Source: an uncultured Chlorobiaceae bacterium
GTDB lineage: Bacteria > Bacteroidota > Ignavibacteria > UBA10030 > SZUA-254
Assembly: GCA_964523395.1 (NCBI GenBank)
Contig: CAZFXS010000009.1
Coordinates: 22,235 to 86,234, forward strand
Length of the DNA: 64,000 nt
Direction of reading: 5' to 3'
Part shown: positions 26,568-37,250 of the stretch, piece after piece
Layout of the letters: every line of letters starts with the position of its first letter
Numbering within the stretch: the first letter of the stretch is position 1
Translations under genes and position numbers: made by a program
Notes under the pieces: model-generated
What the model was told of the DNA's origin: nothing
Database searches by the model: none
What the model saw: the letters and a program-made list of their open reading frames with translations, nothing else

Positions 26568-27931
26568 ATACCAGTCAGTCATATACAAAGCTCCCGGTTG
26601 AGGAAAGTTTTCATCCTGCGAACGGACAGATAGCTTCACAACAATTGGAATTACGGCCCGCGGCAAGCTTTGAGGAAATCGCATCGTTGCGTGAAGAATG
26701 GAATTCCTTAGTAACAGAATCTTCATCGACGATATTTCAGACATACGAATGGCTCTCGACATGGTGGGATTATTTCGGCAAGCAACACGGGCGCACACTG
26801 CAGCTTCTTCTCATTTACGACGATCAACGGCTGGTAGGAATCGCGCCGTTATTTGTAAAGACAGCTTACATTTTCGGCAGGCCGGCATACCGATGCCTTT
26901 GTCTGGTGGGATCTGGAGATGCGTTTAATCGTTCATTCGGAATGTTTCTTGACGACGGTCCGAGCGATTATCTTGATATTATTGTACATCCGCAATTTAC
27001 GTCCGCGGCAGCGCAACATCTGAGCGAATACCTGAAAAATAATTCTTCTTCATTTGATGAAATAGAATTGCTGAATCTGCCTCAGGGAAGTTTTATACAC
27101 ACGTCACTCCTTCCTGCACTGAGAATATCCGGATATGTGTGCACTGTTACCGAGGCGGATGAGTGCCCACGACTGACAATGAACAGTTCTGTCGACGAGC
27201 TGTTGCATTCTCTTGATGCCAGCATACGGAGACGATTATCACAGGCGATAAAAGCGGCAGCGGAAAAGACCCTTTTCGCACTTCATCCCCCTACATCGCG
27301 CGCAGACGTGATCGCAACACTGGATGAGCTTATGATCCTTCATCAGCGCAGGTGGAGAAAAATGGGATATCCCGGACTCTTTTCAAAAAAGGAATTTTCT
27401 GATTTTCAATTTGCCATCACACGCGCTTTTCTGCCGAACGGCTGGATTTACATTAAGAGAGCCGTTGCTGAAGGCCGCACAGTTGCGGCACGTTTCTGTT
27501 TCATATTCAACGGAAGATTTTATGACTACCTATCCGGCTTCGCAGATGACTCACCGGCCGCAAAGCGCCGGCCGGGAATGGCCGTACTCCTTGCAATGAT
27601 GCAGGAGTTATTCGACAGCAATGTCCGTGAAATAGATTTTCTTCGGGGTGATGAGGCTTATAAGTTCGAGTTAACATCAACATCATTCAAAAATCTTAAT
27701 ATGGTCTCATCACTTCCAACCTCGAGGAGCAGGTTCGAGCAGTTTCTGCTCAACATAGCCCGCGGTAAGTCGTTTATTGCCTACCTCCTTGAACGCGAAT
27801 GGAACCTGCTGAAAGTTCAGTATCACGAACACAATATTCCAAAGTGCCTTTATTACTATGTAAAATTCAGGACAGGACGATTTGTTAACAAATTTTTCCA
27901 AGCGTCAACCGCTCCAGAACAACAGAAGTAA
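26564..27931 (+). CDS. FemAB/CelD-like protein (Acetyltransf_6 / BioF2-like GNAT fold), paralog 1 of 4
   Basis: Motif IFQTYEWLSTWWDYF...LVGIAPLFV is shared with the three paralogs downstream. C-terminal RGDEAYKFEL motif. Confidence 0.75.
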   Translation: MNTSQSYTKLPVEESFHPANGQIASQQLELRPAASFEEIASLREEWNSLVTESSSTIFQTYEWLSTWWDYFGKQHGRTLQLLLIYDDQRLVGIAPLFVKTAYIFGRPAYRCLCLVGSGDAFNRSFGMFLDDGPSDYLDIIVHPQFTSAAAQHLSEYLKNNSSSFDEIELLNLPQGSFIHTSLLPALRISGYVCTVTEADECPRLTMNSSVDELLHSLDASIRRRLSQAIKAAAEKTLFALHPPTSRADVIATLDELMILHQRRWRKMGYPGLFSKKEFSDFQFAITRAFLPNGWIYIKRAVAEGRTVAARFCFIFNGRFYDYLSGFADDSPAAKRRPGMAVLLAMMQELFDSNVREIDFLRGDEAYKFELTSTSFKNLNMVSSLPTSRSRFEQFLLNIARGKSFIAYLLEREWNLLKVQYHEHNIPKCLYYYVKFRTGRFVNKFFQASTAPEQQK

Positions 27932-27955
27932 CAGCAAACACCTATAGCTCAAACT

Positions 27956-29116
27956 ATGTCTAAGAAAACAAATATCTCAACACTTACGGTCGTTACGACC
28001 GGGATGGAGCGGCCGGATCCGGCAGATGTCATCCGCCGGGAAGAAGCGGATGAGTTCCCGAGAGTTTCTACGTTTCAGCAGGTGTTGAATTCGACACTGC
28101 TGGAAGACCGGTTTATCAGAGAAGCAACCGGATTGAGGGGATTGCTCTACAAAAAACTGCCGTTAGTCATAGCTCAGGTTCTGGAAGCGTACAGAATCCG
28201 CAAATCGTATGATGTTATTATTACCTGGTCGGAAGCGCGCGCTGTACTGTTCGCATTGCTCTTAAAAATTACAGGATCAAAAACGCCGCACGTTTCCTTA
28301 ATGTACTGGATGTCTAAACCGAAACAGGCGGCATTGCTGAAACGTGTTCATTCACACATGCACAAGATTGTAACATGGTCATCCGTTCAACGAACATTTG
28401 CCATAGAACAGCTCGGTGTTGCTCCTGAAAAAATTATTCTTGTCAAGCATCCGGTTGATCAGAAATTCTGGAGGCCTATGAATGTGCAGATGGACACGAT
28501 ATGCGCCGTTGGTTCAGAGAACAGAGATTATCCGACGCTCATTGAAGCGATGCGCGGGCTTGACATCCCGTGTCATATTGCCGCGAAGGATATAAGGATT
28601 GTCGAGCAACATCGTGCGACGACAGTTGATGCCGCAGCCTTTCTCGGCACGCTTCCGCCGAACGTGACTGTCGGTCAGAGGCCATATCTCACATTACGTC
28701 AACTCTATGCCAGGTCGCGTTTTACTGTTGTCCCACTATTACCATCCGACACCGACAACGGCATCAGCACTATTTTAGAGTCAATGGCTATGGGCAAAGC
28801 TGTGATTTGCTCCAGAACAATAGGTCAGGTTGACGCAATCGAGGACGGTAAAACAGGGATTTTTGTACCGCAGGGAGATGCGAAGTCCCTGCGGGAAGCT
28901 ATTGTATATCTTTGGAACAATCCTGAAGTTGCTGTTCGTATGGGTGAAGAGGGGCGAAAGTATATAGAGCAACACCACACTCTCGATAAATTTTGCAGCG
29001 ATGTCAGGGCAGTCGTTGAGAATGTTGCAGGCAGAAGCATGAGCCAACACGGGCAACACAATAACACATCGGCTACCGCACGCGAGCGCATGACTGAATC
29101 AATAACACAAGCATAA
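27956..29116 (+). CDS. Glycosyltransferase family 4 (atypical N-domain), tandem paralog A
   Basis: C-terminal ESMAMGKAVICSRTIGQVDAIEDGKTGIFV. About 55% identical to the next gene. Confidence 0.75.
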   Translation: MSKKTNISTLTVVTTGMERPDPADVIRREEADEFPRVSTFQQVLNSTLLEDRFIREATGLRGLLYKKLPLVIAQVLEAYRIRKSYDVIITWSEARAVLFALLLKITGSKTPHVSLMYWMSKPKQAALLKRVHSHMHKIVTWSSVQRTFAIEQLGVAPEKIILVKHPVDQKFWRPMNVQMDTICAVGSENRDYPTLIEAMRGLDIPCHIAAKDIRIVEQHRATTVDAAAFLGTLPPNVTVGQRPYLTLRQLYARSRFTVVPLLPSDTDNGISTILESMAMGKAVICSRTIGQVDAIEDGKTGIFVPQGDAKSLREAIVYLWNNPEVAVRMGEEGRKYIEQHHTLDKFCSDVRAVVENVAGRSMSQHGQHNNTSATARERMTESITQA

Positions 29117-29133
29117 GTTAAAATATCTGCTCT

Positions 29134-30255
29134 ATGAAAACACTCACATTACTGACAACAGGATTGCAAAAACCCAGCCGGGCCATGGAAGAGGCCGACC
29201 AAACTCCCCGGGCCTCGTTATACGAACAGGAACTTCAAACCGAAATGGCGTATGAGGAATTTATGAACCGGGCACCAGGCATTCGCAAGTTTATTTATAA
29301 GCGATTGCCCGTCCAGGTTGCGCAGGTTATTGAGGCTTTCTTCCAGAGAAAGAAATATGACGTGATTATTTCATGGTCGGACCCCCACGCTCTCCTGTTT
29401 GCGTCAATACTAAAACTTACAAGAGCGAAAGCTCCCCATGTTGCAATGATGTTCTGGATTTCAAAACCAAAAAAGGCGGCGATATTAAAACGGGTTCACA
29501 CACACATTGACAAAATTGTGTTGTGGACATCTAAACACAGAGATTTTGCCATCAATGAACTTGGCATTCCGCCTTCAAAAATCGCGTTCATCAGGTACTA
29601 TGTTGACCAAAAATTCTGGCGACCAATGGACAGGAAGACAGATATGATCTGCTCAGCCGGCGTAGAGATGAGAGATTACCCGACACTTATTGAGGCGATG
29701 AAAGGGCTTGATATCAAATGCCATATCGCTGCCGGGATTGCGCGCGGAAAATTGTTTTCCACCGTCACTGCCATCCAGGAACAGGGCCCGCTTCCCGAAA
29801 CAATTACGGTCGGAAAAATGTCACCAACGGAATTGCGCGATCTCTACGCCCGTTCCCGTTTCGTAGTTATTCCGCTTTTACAATCTGACTCAGATAACGG
29901 ACTGACCGTTTTACTGGAGGCTATGGCAATGGGTAAGGCTGTCATCTGTTCCCGCATCAGGGGCCAGGTCGATGTAATTCAAGAGGGTAAAACCGGAATA
30001 TTCGTCCCACAAGGCGATCCTAAGGCGTTGCGTGAAGCAATTCTCCACCTCTGGAATAATCCCGAGCTCGCTGAACGAATGGGCCGTGAAGGAAGGGCAT
30101 ATATCGAAAAAAATAATACCTGGGATCAATTTGTTCAGAACATCAAACAGATTGTGGAAGAAGTTCATTCTCAGAACACAGCAATCTCAACCAAGAATAG
30201 CGCCAAACAATCTTCATTACCAGTGAATGCAACCGGTTCTACAATATCTTATTGA
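29134..30255 (+). CDS. Glycosyltransferase family 4, tandem paralog B
   Basis: EAMAMGKAVICSRIRGQVDVIQEGKTGIFVPQGDPKALREAI, and overall collinearity with 27956..29116. Confidence 0.75.
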   Translation: MKTLTLLTTGLQKPSRAMEEADQTPRASLYEQELQTEMAYEEFMNRAPGIRKFIYKRLPVQVAQVIEAFFQRKKYDVIISWSDPHALLFASILKLTRAKAPHVAMMFWISKPKKAAILKRVHTHIDKIVLWTSKHRDFAINELGIPPSKIAFIRYYVDQKFWRPMDRKTDMICSAGVEMRDYPTLIEAMKGLDIKCHIAAGIARGKLFSTVTAIQEQGPLPETITVGKMSPTELRDLYARSRFVVIPLLQSDSDNGLTVLLEAMAMGKAVICSRIRGQVDVIQEGKTGIFVPQGDPKALREAILHLWNNPELAERMGREGRAYIEKNNTWDQFVQNIKQIVEEVHSQNTAISTKNSAKQSSLPVNATGSTISY

Positions 30256-31837
30256 TACCGCAGTCAACGCACCTGACTCACCTGCCATCGTTTGCGACGA
30301 TCGGGTGGTGTCATACCGGGAATTTATCAACAAGATACATTCTCTTGCAAACCTTCTGACTCAGGAAGGCCTGAAAAAGGGTGATCGCGCGGTTATTCTT
30401 CTCCGTGATAAATCCGAATTTTTGGTTGCCTGTTTCTCACTGATGAACATTGGGGCGATTGCCGTTCCCGTACCTGAACATATTACGCTGCATTCATTAC
30501 AGGAAATTGTGAAAGACTCAACACCTACATTATTAATAACGAGCGCAACCGAGCTTCCGGACTTTCCTCGGCTACGTTCCAACATTACATGCAATCTCTT
30601 TCTCCTGGAAGAAAAGAATATTTCCGCGGACTACTCACATTCCATCGTCCTGCGTGAACAACACTCCAGCACCGCACCTGTCAAAGGAAATGACTTCGCC
30701 GGGGCATTTAGTGAAGATAAAGCGTTCATATGGTATACCACCGGATCCAAAGGAATGCAGCAGGGCATCGTATTCTCACAAAATAATATTATTTGCGGAG
30801 CTGTACGGCCGAACGCATTGACAGGAACATCCTCCAGCACACGTGAGTGCATTATGATGCCGCTGGCGCGGGAATTCGGTTTCAGCAGATGCTGTTCTCT
30901 CTTCTTTGCCGGCGGAACAGCCATTCTCAGCAATACGGTTTTTGACCCGGTATCAATGATTCAGAGTGTTTTGCGATACCGCTGCAATGCGTTATCGCTC
31001 ATGCCTTCTGTCATTACCAGCATGTTCGGTTATCTGGAACCTATGATCCAGCGAATAGGCGCACAGATTTCACTTATCAATATGGAAGCTTTTTCCATGT
31101 CTGCCGAGCATAAACTCCGGATGAAGGAACTGTTTCCCAACGCGAATATTTTTATGCACTACGGTACATCTGAAGCACCTCATTCAGCTATTTTGAATTT
31201 CAATGCCGACAACAGCAAACTCGAGACCGCCGGCCATCTTATCCCCGGCACGGAGATTTGTATTATTAGTAATCATGATTCAAAAGAAAGCGCCGTAGAA
31301 AGCGGTGAAGTTCACCTCCGTGGCGACAATATTATGATCGGTTACTGGAATAATGATGAACTGACCAATACAACTATCACCAGCGAAGGATGGTGTAAAA
31401 CCGGAGATATTGGTTTCATTGACGAAGAGAAGTATCTCCATCTCACAGAACGAAATGACGAAACGATTATCGTGGGCGGATTACGATTTTCTTCTCTTGA
31501 AATTGAAGAACATGTAAAAAGATATTTTCCTGAACATGAGGTTTTTGTTGTCGGCATTCCTGACCCGGCCGGGATACTCGGTGAGATACCTGTACTTTGT
31601 TATAAGGCGAACAACGGGAAAACATTAACTGCTTCAGACCTGTCACGGGTTCTTTCCAATAAGATCGACGGGGTGAAAATCCCGCGAATCGTGTATAGAA
31701 TAGAAACCGATACAGCAGAACAGTCGAAATTGACGCGAAAAGATTTGCGGTTGAAATTTCTTAACCAATTTTCAAAATCGGCACAGCACGAACAGCAGCC
31801 GCAATACAACAAGGAGCAATATTCACCGGAACACTGA
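30227..31837 (+). CDS. Adenylate-forming enzyme (AMP-dependent synthetase/ligase, ANL superfamily)
   Basis: N-terminal substrate region (APDSPAIVCDDRVVSYREF). Degenerate P-loop YTTGSKGMQQGI. Motifs GYWNNDELT and WCKTGDIGFIDEEKYLHLTER. Overlaps the upstream gene by 29 nt. Confidence 0.85.
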   Translation: MQPVLQYLIDTAVNAPDSPAIVCDDRVVSYREFINKIHSLANLLTQEGLKKGDRAVILLRDKSEFLVACFSLMNIGAIAVPVPEHITLHSLQEIVKDSTPTLLITSATELPDFPRLRSNITCNLFLLEEKNISADYSHSIVLREQHSSTAPVKGNDFAGAFSEDKAFIWYTTGSKGMQQGIVFSQNNIICGAVRPNALTGTSSSTRECIMMPLAREFGFSRCCSLFFAGGTAILSNTVFDPVSMIQSVLRYRCNALSLMPSVITSMFGYLEPMIQRIGAQISLINMEAFSMSAEHKLRMKELFPNANIFMHYGTSEAPHSAILNFNADNSKLETAGHLIPGTEICIISNHDSKESAVESGEVHLRGDNIMIGYWNNDELTNTTITSEGWCKTGDIGFIDEEKYLHLTERNDETIIVGGLRFSSLEIEEHVKRYFPEHEVFVVGIPDPAGILGEIPVLCYKANNGKTLTASDLSRVLSNKIDGVKIPRIVYRIETDTAEQSKLTRKDLRLKFLNQFSKSAQHEQQPQYNKEQYSPEH

Positions 31838-31877
31838 TTTACTATCGTCCATGCGACGATAATCACTAAACGTCTTG

Positions 31878-34043
31878 ATGCAAAATCTGACAACTATACA
31901 AAAAGAGTACTCTCACACCCGCACGCATCAACAAGTATCAATGGATAAATGCACCATTGAGATCGTACGGACGGAACAAGAGTTTGATGCCATTGAAAGC
32001 GAGTGGAACAGGCTTGTCGAAGAATCGCCTTGCACGGTATTTCAGACGTTTGAATGGGTACGTACATGGTGGAAATATTTTCACCGCCGCCACGAATTGA
32101 AAATCATGCTATTCCGGGAATCCGGTACGCTTGTGGGTATCGCACCAATGTTTATTCAGCGCGTGCGTGTGCTTGGCATTCCGCTGGCACGCAGGCTGCA
32201 ATTTATCGGCTGCGGTCTTTCAGACTATGCCGATTTCATAATCGCACCGGGGCGTGAGCAGGCAGTGCTGACCATTTTCGTAAACCGGATTCTCAATGTT
32301 GCAGAGAAATGGGATATTCTTGACCTGGAAGATGTTAATGAAACGTCTCCCGTGTTTCAGCATCTGCCGAATCTGTTGAGGCAGCATAATCTTCCGGTAT
32401 ACCGATATCAGGGCAACGTCTGCCCTCAGATTGCATTACCGGAAACGACGGAAATGCTGATGCAAAATCTGGGGTCAACTACCGGATACAATTTTCGGAG
32501 AAAATTTAAGAAATTGCAGTCGGGGTTTACTACAACAGTGGAATTATATCGTTCTGAAAATGACAACCTTGAAAAAGCGTACGAACAATTTTCGTTTATC
32601 CACGGTAACCGGTGGAGAAGCCAGGGGTATCCAAGCGCGTTTGATAAGCCGATACATAGCGCATTTCACATTGAGATTATCTCCAAATTCGCAAAACGGG
32701 ACTGGCTGAGGATGTTTTTTCTTAAAGCAGACACCCAACCTGTAGCCGTGAATTTTTCGTTTAACTACAAACAACGCATCTACATGTATCAAAGCAACGC
32801 GTATGGTACAGAGCAAATCATGAAATGCAGTCCGGGATTTCTTATTCGCGCCATTGCCATGATGGAAGGAATTGCTGAAGGATGCAGGGTCTTTGATTTT
32901 CTTCGCGGCGACGAAGACTATAAGTATAAGGAATGGAAGGCCGTTGACAGCAAAAACTGGTTCATACGCACATCATCGCCCCTCACGGCAAATAAGGCAA
33001 GATTTTATCTCTACCTTTTGCTCGAGTTATTAAAGAAGGCCAAAGAACGTTTTGCAAGAGAATACTATGAGTTTAAACGATTTAAAATTGTTAAAAAACC
33101 GACCGTCGAAATGACGGCAAATTATTGTCTCACGAAGTTTGCTCATCTCGTTCGTCTCGGTGCCTACTTTATTTCGCGGCATTCGCCTCTGGAATCGATC
33201 ATCGTCGGTGGCAATGGTTCGGCGGTTGGTTTTGATCCCGCCCGGAGCGCTGAACGTTTTCATAATGCGTCACTACAGACCTACACTCTGGGTGAAAAAA
33301 TCACCCGTGTTATCCGTTCTTACAAACTCAATAATCTGCTCTGGAGAATACGCGCGCGAATCTACAAGCCTCATGTTGTCGATGCCGTCACTTCCCAGCA
33401 TTCCGGCCTGATCAAGATTGTCGAACGGGGACCAGAACGGCAACTCATTCTCGACAATTCGACCCACTCAATATTTCTCCACCGCGGAAATTGGAATGAA
33501 ATTAAACGCGAGTATTGGGGCGCGATGTGTACTTCGCCGTTTACACTTCCAGAGAAACCCGAGATCCTGCTGTGCGGTTTGGGGGGAGGAACAATCCTTC
33601 ATCTGCTTCAACGGTCCATCCCTCCAGGTTCAGTTACGGCCCTGGAAATTGATCCGGTCGTTATTAACATTGCAAAAAAACATTTCAGCCTCGAGACTAT
33701 TCCCAATGTTACGGTCATTGAAGGAAACGCAGTTACAACGTTGCGGAAGCTTCAACTGCTCAATAAAAAATTTGATTTGATACTTGACGATGTCTTTTAC
33801 TCAGTAACGGGAACGTTATCCAACTATCAGCGATCGTTCATAAAACGGCTCTCTTCCATGCTCACCGCGGAAGGCACGATTATTTTTCAGCGCCCCATCG
33901 ACAGGCGGGAAGATGATGTTGATGCCGATAAATTCGTAAAAGCGCTTCGCAATATGAATTTCCAGGTTCAAGCAAAGAAAATCCGTCAACGATGGTGGAA
34001 TAATGTCATTTACTGTAAACCGGACGCATCATGGCACAACTAA
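31878..34043 (+). CDS. Fusion protein: FemAB/CelD-like domain (paralog 2) plus a C-terminal spermidine-synthase-like (PABS/class I SAM methyltransferase fold) domain
   Basis: N-terminal motif VFQTFEWVRTWWKYF...LVGIAPMFI and RGDEDYKYKEW. C-terminal ILLCGLGGGT (G-x-G-x-G), EIDPVVINIAKKHF, LILDDVF. Alternative start ATG at 31941. Confidence 0.7.
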   Translation: MQNLTTIQKEYSHTRTHQQVSMDKCTIEIVRTEQEFDAIESEWNRLVEESPCTVFQTFEWVRTWWKYFHRRHELKIMLFRESGTLVGIAPMFIQRVRVLGIPLARRLQFIGCGLSDYADFIIAPGREQAVLTIFVNRILNVAEKWDILDLEDVNETSPVFQHLPNLLRQHNLPVYRYQGNVCPQIALPETTEMLMQNLGSTTGYNFRRKFKKLQSGFTTTVELYRSENDNLEKAYEQFSFIHGNRWRSQGYPSAFDKPIHSAFHIEIISKFAKRDWLRMFFLKADTQPVAVNFSFNYKQRIYMYQSNAYGTEQIMKCSPGFLIRAIAMMEGIAEGCRVFDFLRGDEDYKYKEWKAVDSKNWFIRTSSPLTANKARFYLYLLLELLKKAKERFAREYYEFKRFKIVKKPTVEMTANYCLTKFAHLVRLGAYFISRHSPLESIIVGGNGSAVGFDPARSAERFHNASLQTYTLGEKITRVIRSYKLNNLLWRIRARIYKPHVVDAVTSQHSGLIKIVERGPERQLILDNSTHSIFLHRGNWNEIKREYWGAMCTSPFTLPEKPEILLCGLGGGTILHLLQRSIPPGSVTALEIDPVVINIAKKHFSLETIPNVTVIEGNAVTTLRKLQLLNKKFDLILDDVFYSVTGTLSNYQRSFIKRLSSMLTAEGTIIFQRPIDRREDDVDADKFVKALRNMNFQVQAKKIRQRWWNNVIYCKPDASWHN

Positions 34044-35248
34044 CAGCCCGACTCATTACCGCAGATTCGGAGTTTGATGCGCTGGAGAATTCCTGGGTTT
34101 CATTGCACAATGATGCACAGGGGACAATTTTTCAAACATTTTCCTGGATCCGGCTGTGGTGGAAAATTTACTCGTCAGCCAACACCCAGTTACGTATTCT
34201 GACAATTTGGAATACTCACCAGCTTGTTGGTGTGTTTCCTGTGTTTATTGAAGTCAATAATTTCATCATCTTTAAATTTAAACGCATGCGGTTTATGGGG
34301 ACATATGAGGTATACGGCGAGTACACGCCACTTCTACACCCGGCATATGAAACTGAAACCGTTCAGCACATAGCTGCATTTTGCAAAGAAGAAATAGAAA
34401 CAAAACGATGCGACGTCATAACTTTTTTTCGTTTTCCGTCAACGTCGACAGCAATGACATCGTTACTGCAGACACTTAGTACAAACCGGTACTATATGAA
34501 ATCAGATCCGGAAGCCGTAGCACGCGTCACGATGAATCTTCCCGGAGATTGGACGACGTACCTGAACGGATTATCCCCGACGGAAAAAGAACTTCTCAAG
34601 CGGCGCATGCGCTCACTTGAAAAGCACGGAGCAAGCGTGGAGATAATTACCGAGCTTTCGGATCATGAGTTTGATGATTTTGTACAATTGCATACGTCTG
34701 CATGGAGTGATAAAGGTATCAGCGGCTATTTCGGTTCGAAACGATTTGAACAATTCCAGCGAATGATAACCAAAGAGTTTATGCGACAGGGGGCATCACG
34801 ACTTTATTTTTTTAAGAAAGACAGTATCAGGTTTGCCGCTGTCCATGCATTTTATATGAACAAACAATGCTGCTTCTACCTGAGCGGGCTCAACAAACAT
34901 CATGAACTTATCCGGTACAGTCCCGGAAAAGTTCTTCTGAGTTATGTTATCAAGGATGCGATCTCCAAGCATTACGAAGTATTTGATTTTCAGGGCGGAA
35001 AGGAAGATTACAAGTTTCGCCTGGGGGGGAAAACAACTGGTTTTGCAAAAAGCGTGATTTGGAAAAAAGGCTTTCACTCAATCATAGTATTTATGGTGCT
35101 TGCCCTGCAGGGAATGGTAAATTTTCTCGTCGGCGGGGTATGGATGTATCATATCCTCCCGAGATGGCATAAGCTGACCTCGCGGATCTGGTCATCAAGG
35201 CATCATCATGCGGCTCTTGCTTCATCGCTATTGTTATTGCCGGAGTAA
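34031..35248 (+). CDS. FemAB/CelD-like protein, paralog 3
   Basis: IFQTFSWIRLWWKIY...LVGVFPVFI; GGKEDYKFRLG. Confidence 0.75.
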   Translation: MAQLTARLITADSEFDALENSWVSLHNDAQGTIFQTFSWIRLWWKIYSSANTQLRILTIWNTHQLVGVFPVFIEVNNFIIFKFKRMRFMGTYEVYGEYTPLLHPAYETETVQHIAAFCKEEIETKRCDVITFFRFPSTSTAMTSLLQTLSTNRYYMKSDPEAVARVTMNLPGDWTTYLNGLSPTEKELLKRRMRSLEKHGASVEIITELSDHEFDDFVQLHTSAWSDKGISGYFGSKRFEQFQRMITKEFMRQGASRLYFFKKDSIRFAAVHAFYMNKQCCFYLSGLNKHHELIRYSPGKVLLSYVIKDAISKHYEVFDFQGGKEDYKFRLGGKTTGFAKSVIWKKGFHSIIVFMVLALQGMVNFLVGGVWMYHILPRWHKLTSRIWSSRHHHAALASSLLLLPE

Positions 35249-35253
35249 GCAGC

Positions 35254-36408
35254 GTGCGCGTGGAAGAATTTTCGACAACAGAGGAATTTAAATCTTTAGA
35301 ACCGATTTGGAACACAACATTGAATAATTCATCACATCCAACCCTGTACCTCACGTACGAGTGGCTTTCAGTATGGTGGAAGTGTCATCAGACCCCTGAG
35401 AAAAGGCTATACATCCTTGTTATCCGGGATGATGAAACGGTATTTGCGATTGCGCCTTTTATGATTATCACCAGGACAATATTCGGAATACCGGTTCGCA
35501 CTATTTCCTTTCTTTCAATGATGCGGTACGCGTATTCAGCACTTAATTGTTCTGGTTCTCTCGATATTATAGTGACACAACGGCATGACGAAGTTTTTCA
35601 AGTACTCTTCGCGCATCTCAACGCAAACGCGAAACGGTGGGATTACATGAGGCTGCATCCGGTTCCGGAAAACTCATATACACTTAAAGCGCTGCAACAG
35701 GCTGCGACATCACAGGGGTTCCCATTTTCCACACGATTGGTCTTTGCCAGCGCGTGCATCACGGCGGCAACCTGGGAAGAATACACAAAGGCTCTTTCTC
35801 AGACGTTCAGAAAAGGCAACCGCAACATGTTAAATCGCCTCGCCCGAAGCGGGGCTGTAGAATTTATCCATGTCGATGGTTCAACCGATACCGGTGACGC
35901 ATTGCAAAAACTCCTTTCCATCGAGAAAAGAAGCTGGAAACGCGGAAATGGCATTGCGATTGATGCACCACAATACAAAAACTTTTATAAAGAGATATTT
36001 CACATTGCAGGAAATCACGGCTGGCTCCATCTCTGGATGCTTAAAGTGAATGAAACCTATATTGCCTACGATCTCTGCCTTGTATTCAATGGATCGGTCG
36101 AGGTACTGAAAGGCAGTTACAATACATCCTTTCGCGAATACTCTCCCGGCAGAATTATTTTTTCAAAAGAACTTGAATATTTTTTCCAGAATGGGATCCG
36201 CAAAATCAATCTATTGTGGGGTGATCTCACGTACAAATTGCGGTGGGCAAACCATCTTGAACGTCATCATGAAATCTACCTGTTCAATAACACGTTGTTT
36301 TCAAAGTGCCTCCATGCAGCATACATCACAACAGGGTTATACCGTGTGATTCGCCTGGCATGGAATTCTACGGAGAAACTTTGCTGGCGGCTGGGGGTCC
36401 AGGTATGA
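35254..36408 (+). CDS. FemAB/CelD-like protein, paralog 4
   Basis: LYLTYEWLSVWWKCH...VFAIAPFMI; WGDLTYKLRWAN. Confidence 0.75.
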   Translation: MRVEEFSTTEEFKSLEPIWNTTLNNSSHPTLYLTYEWLSVWWKCHQTPEKRLYILVIRDDETVFAIAPFMIITRTIFGIPVRTISFLSMMRYAYSALNCSGSLDIIVTQRHDEVFQVLFAHLNANAKRWDYMRLHPVPENSYTLKALQQAATSQGFPFSTRLVFASACITAATWEEYTKALSQTFRKGNRNMLNRLARSGAVEFIHVDGSTDTGDALQKLLSIEKRSWKRGNGIAIDAPQYKNFYKEIFHIAGNHGWLHLWMLKVNETYIAYDLCLVFNGSVEVLKGSYNTSFREYSPGRIIFSKELEYFFQNGIRKINLLWGDLTYKLRWANHLERHHEIYLFNNTLFSKCLHAAYITTGLYRVIRLAWNSTEKLCWRLGVQV

Positions 36409-37250
36409 CAGCACAACCGCTTACGGAATCCGCCAGAATGAAACTCCGTGCAGAAATATGGGGCACGGATATGGACCGCTACGTTCTGCGTAATCCATTT
36501 ATTGAAATCGGCGATATCCTCGTTGACGTCCGCGCTTTCTTTTCAGCGCGTGCCGGTTGTGATATGTGCGGGTTTTGCTGCAGCTGGGGGACTTCTATTT
36601 CCTCTGAAACTGCCAAACAGCTTGAACCGCACTTAGGCGAAATCGGTGAAAAATATATTCCGGCTGAACGCCGCGACAAATTGGGCTGGCACTTTGATAA
36701 GGATTGGGATATTCATTACACAAACATTATCAAAATCGATAACACTCATACAGGCTGTTGTTTTCTCTACAAAGACGGTGAGCGTTATCTTTGCTCTATA
36801 TATTCCTGGGCTCAGAATACAAAACGCGAAGTATTTGATTTTTGGCCATTCGAATGTACCATGTACCCCGTTTCAATACTGCCATATAAGGGGATTCTTC
36901 ACGAGGGAAAAACATTGCTGACTTTGAGAATGGCTCAAAGCTGGCACATCATCGATACATATGGAAATACCAGACCATTGCAGAAATCAATCTTAAAAAG
37001 AATTCTGTATGATCTTCGGTTATCACTGGTATATCGGTTACGCAAACTTGGGATTCATGTTAAGAATGAAGACACGCGGCAGGACTGTTACTTTAAAGAA
37101 GGGCACCATCAGAAACCATTGGCATATGAATATTTTGAACCACAACTTCGCTGGTATTTTGGAACCAATTTTTACGAGTCGATGCGCGTGGCGGCTGCAC
37201 GGCTGGAAATGCCCGCGAACGCCCGAATGGCAGAGGCTGCAAAACCATGA
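36405..37250 (+). CDS. YkgJ-family cysteine-cluster (putative Zn/Fe-binding, CxxCGxCC) protein
   Basis: CDMCGFCC motif plus a second Cys cluster (CCFLYKDGERYLC, FECTMYP). Start set to ATG 36405 (MTAQPL), an ATGA overlap with paralog 4. Also overlaps the GT2 gene at its 3' end. Confidence 0.6.
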   Translation: MTAQPLTESARMKLRAEIWGTDMDRYVLRNPFIEIGDILVDVRAFFSARAGCDMCGFCCSWGTSISSETAKQLEPHLGEIGEKYIPAERRDKLGWHFDKDWDIHYTNIIKIDNTHTGCCFLYKDGERYLCSIYSWAQNTKREVFDFWPFECTMYPVSILPYKGILHEGKTLLTLRMAQSWHIIDTYGNTRPLQKSILKRILYDLRLSLVYRLRKLGIHVKNEDTRQDCYFKEGHHQKPLAYEYFEPQLRWYFGTNFYESMRVAAARLEMPANARMAEAAKP

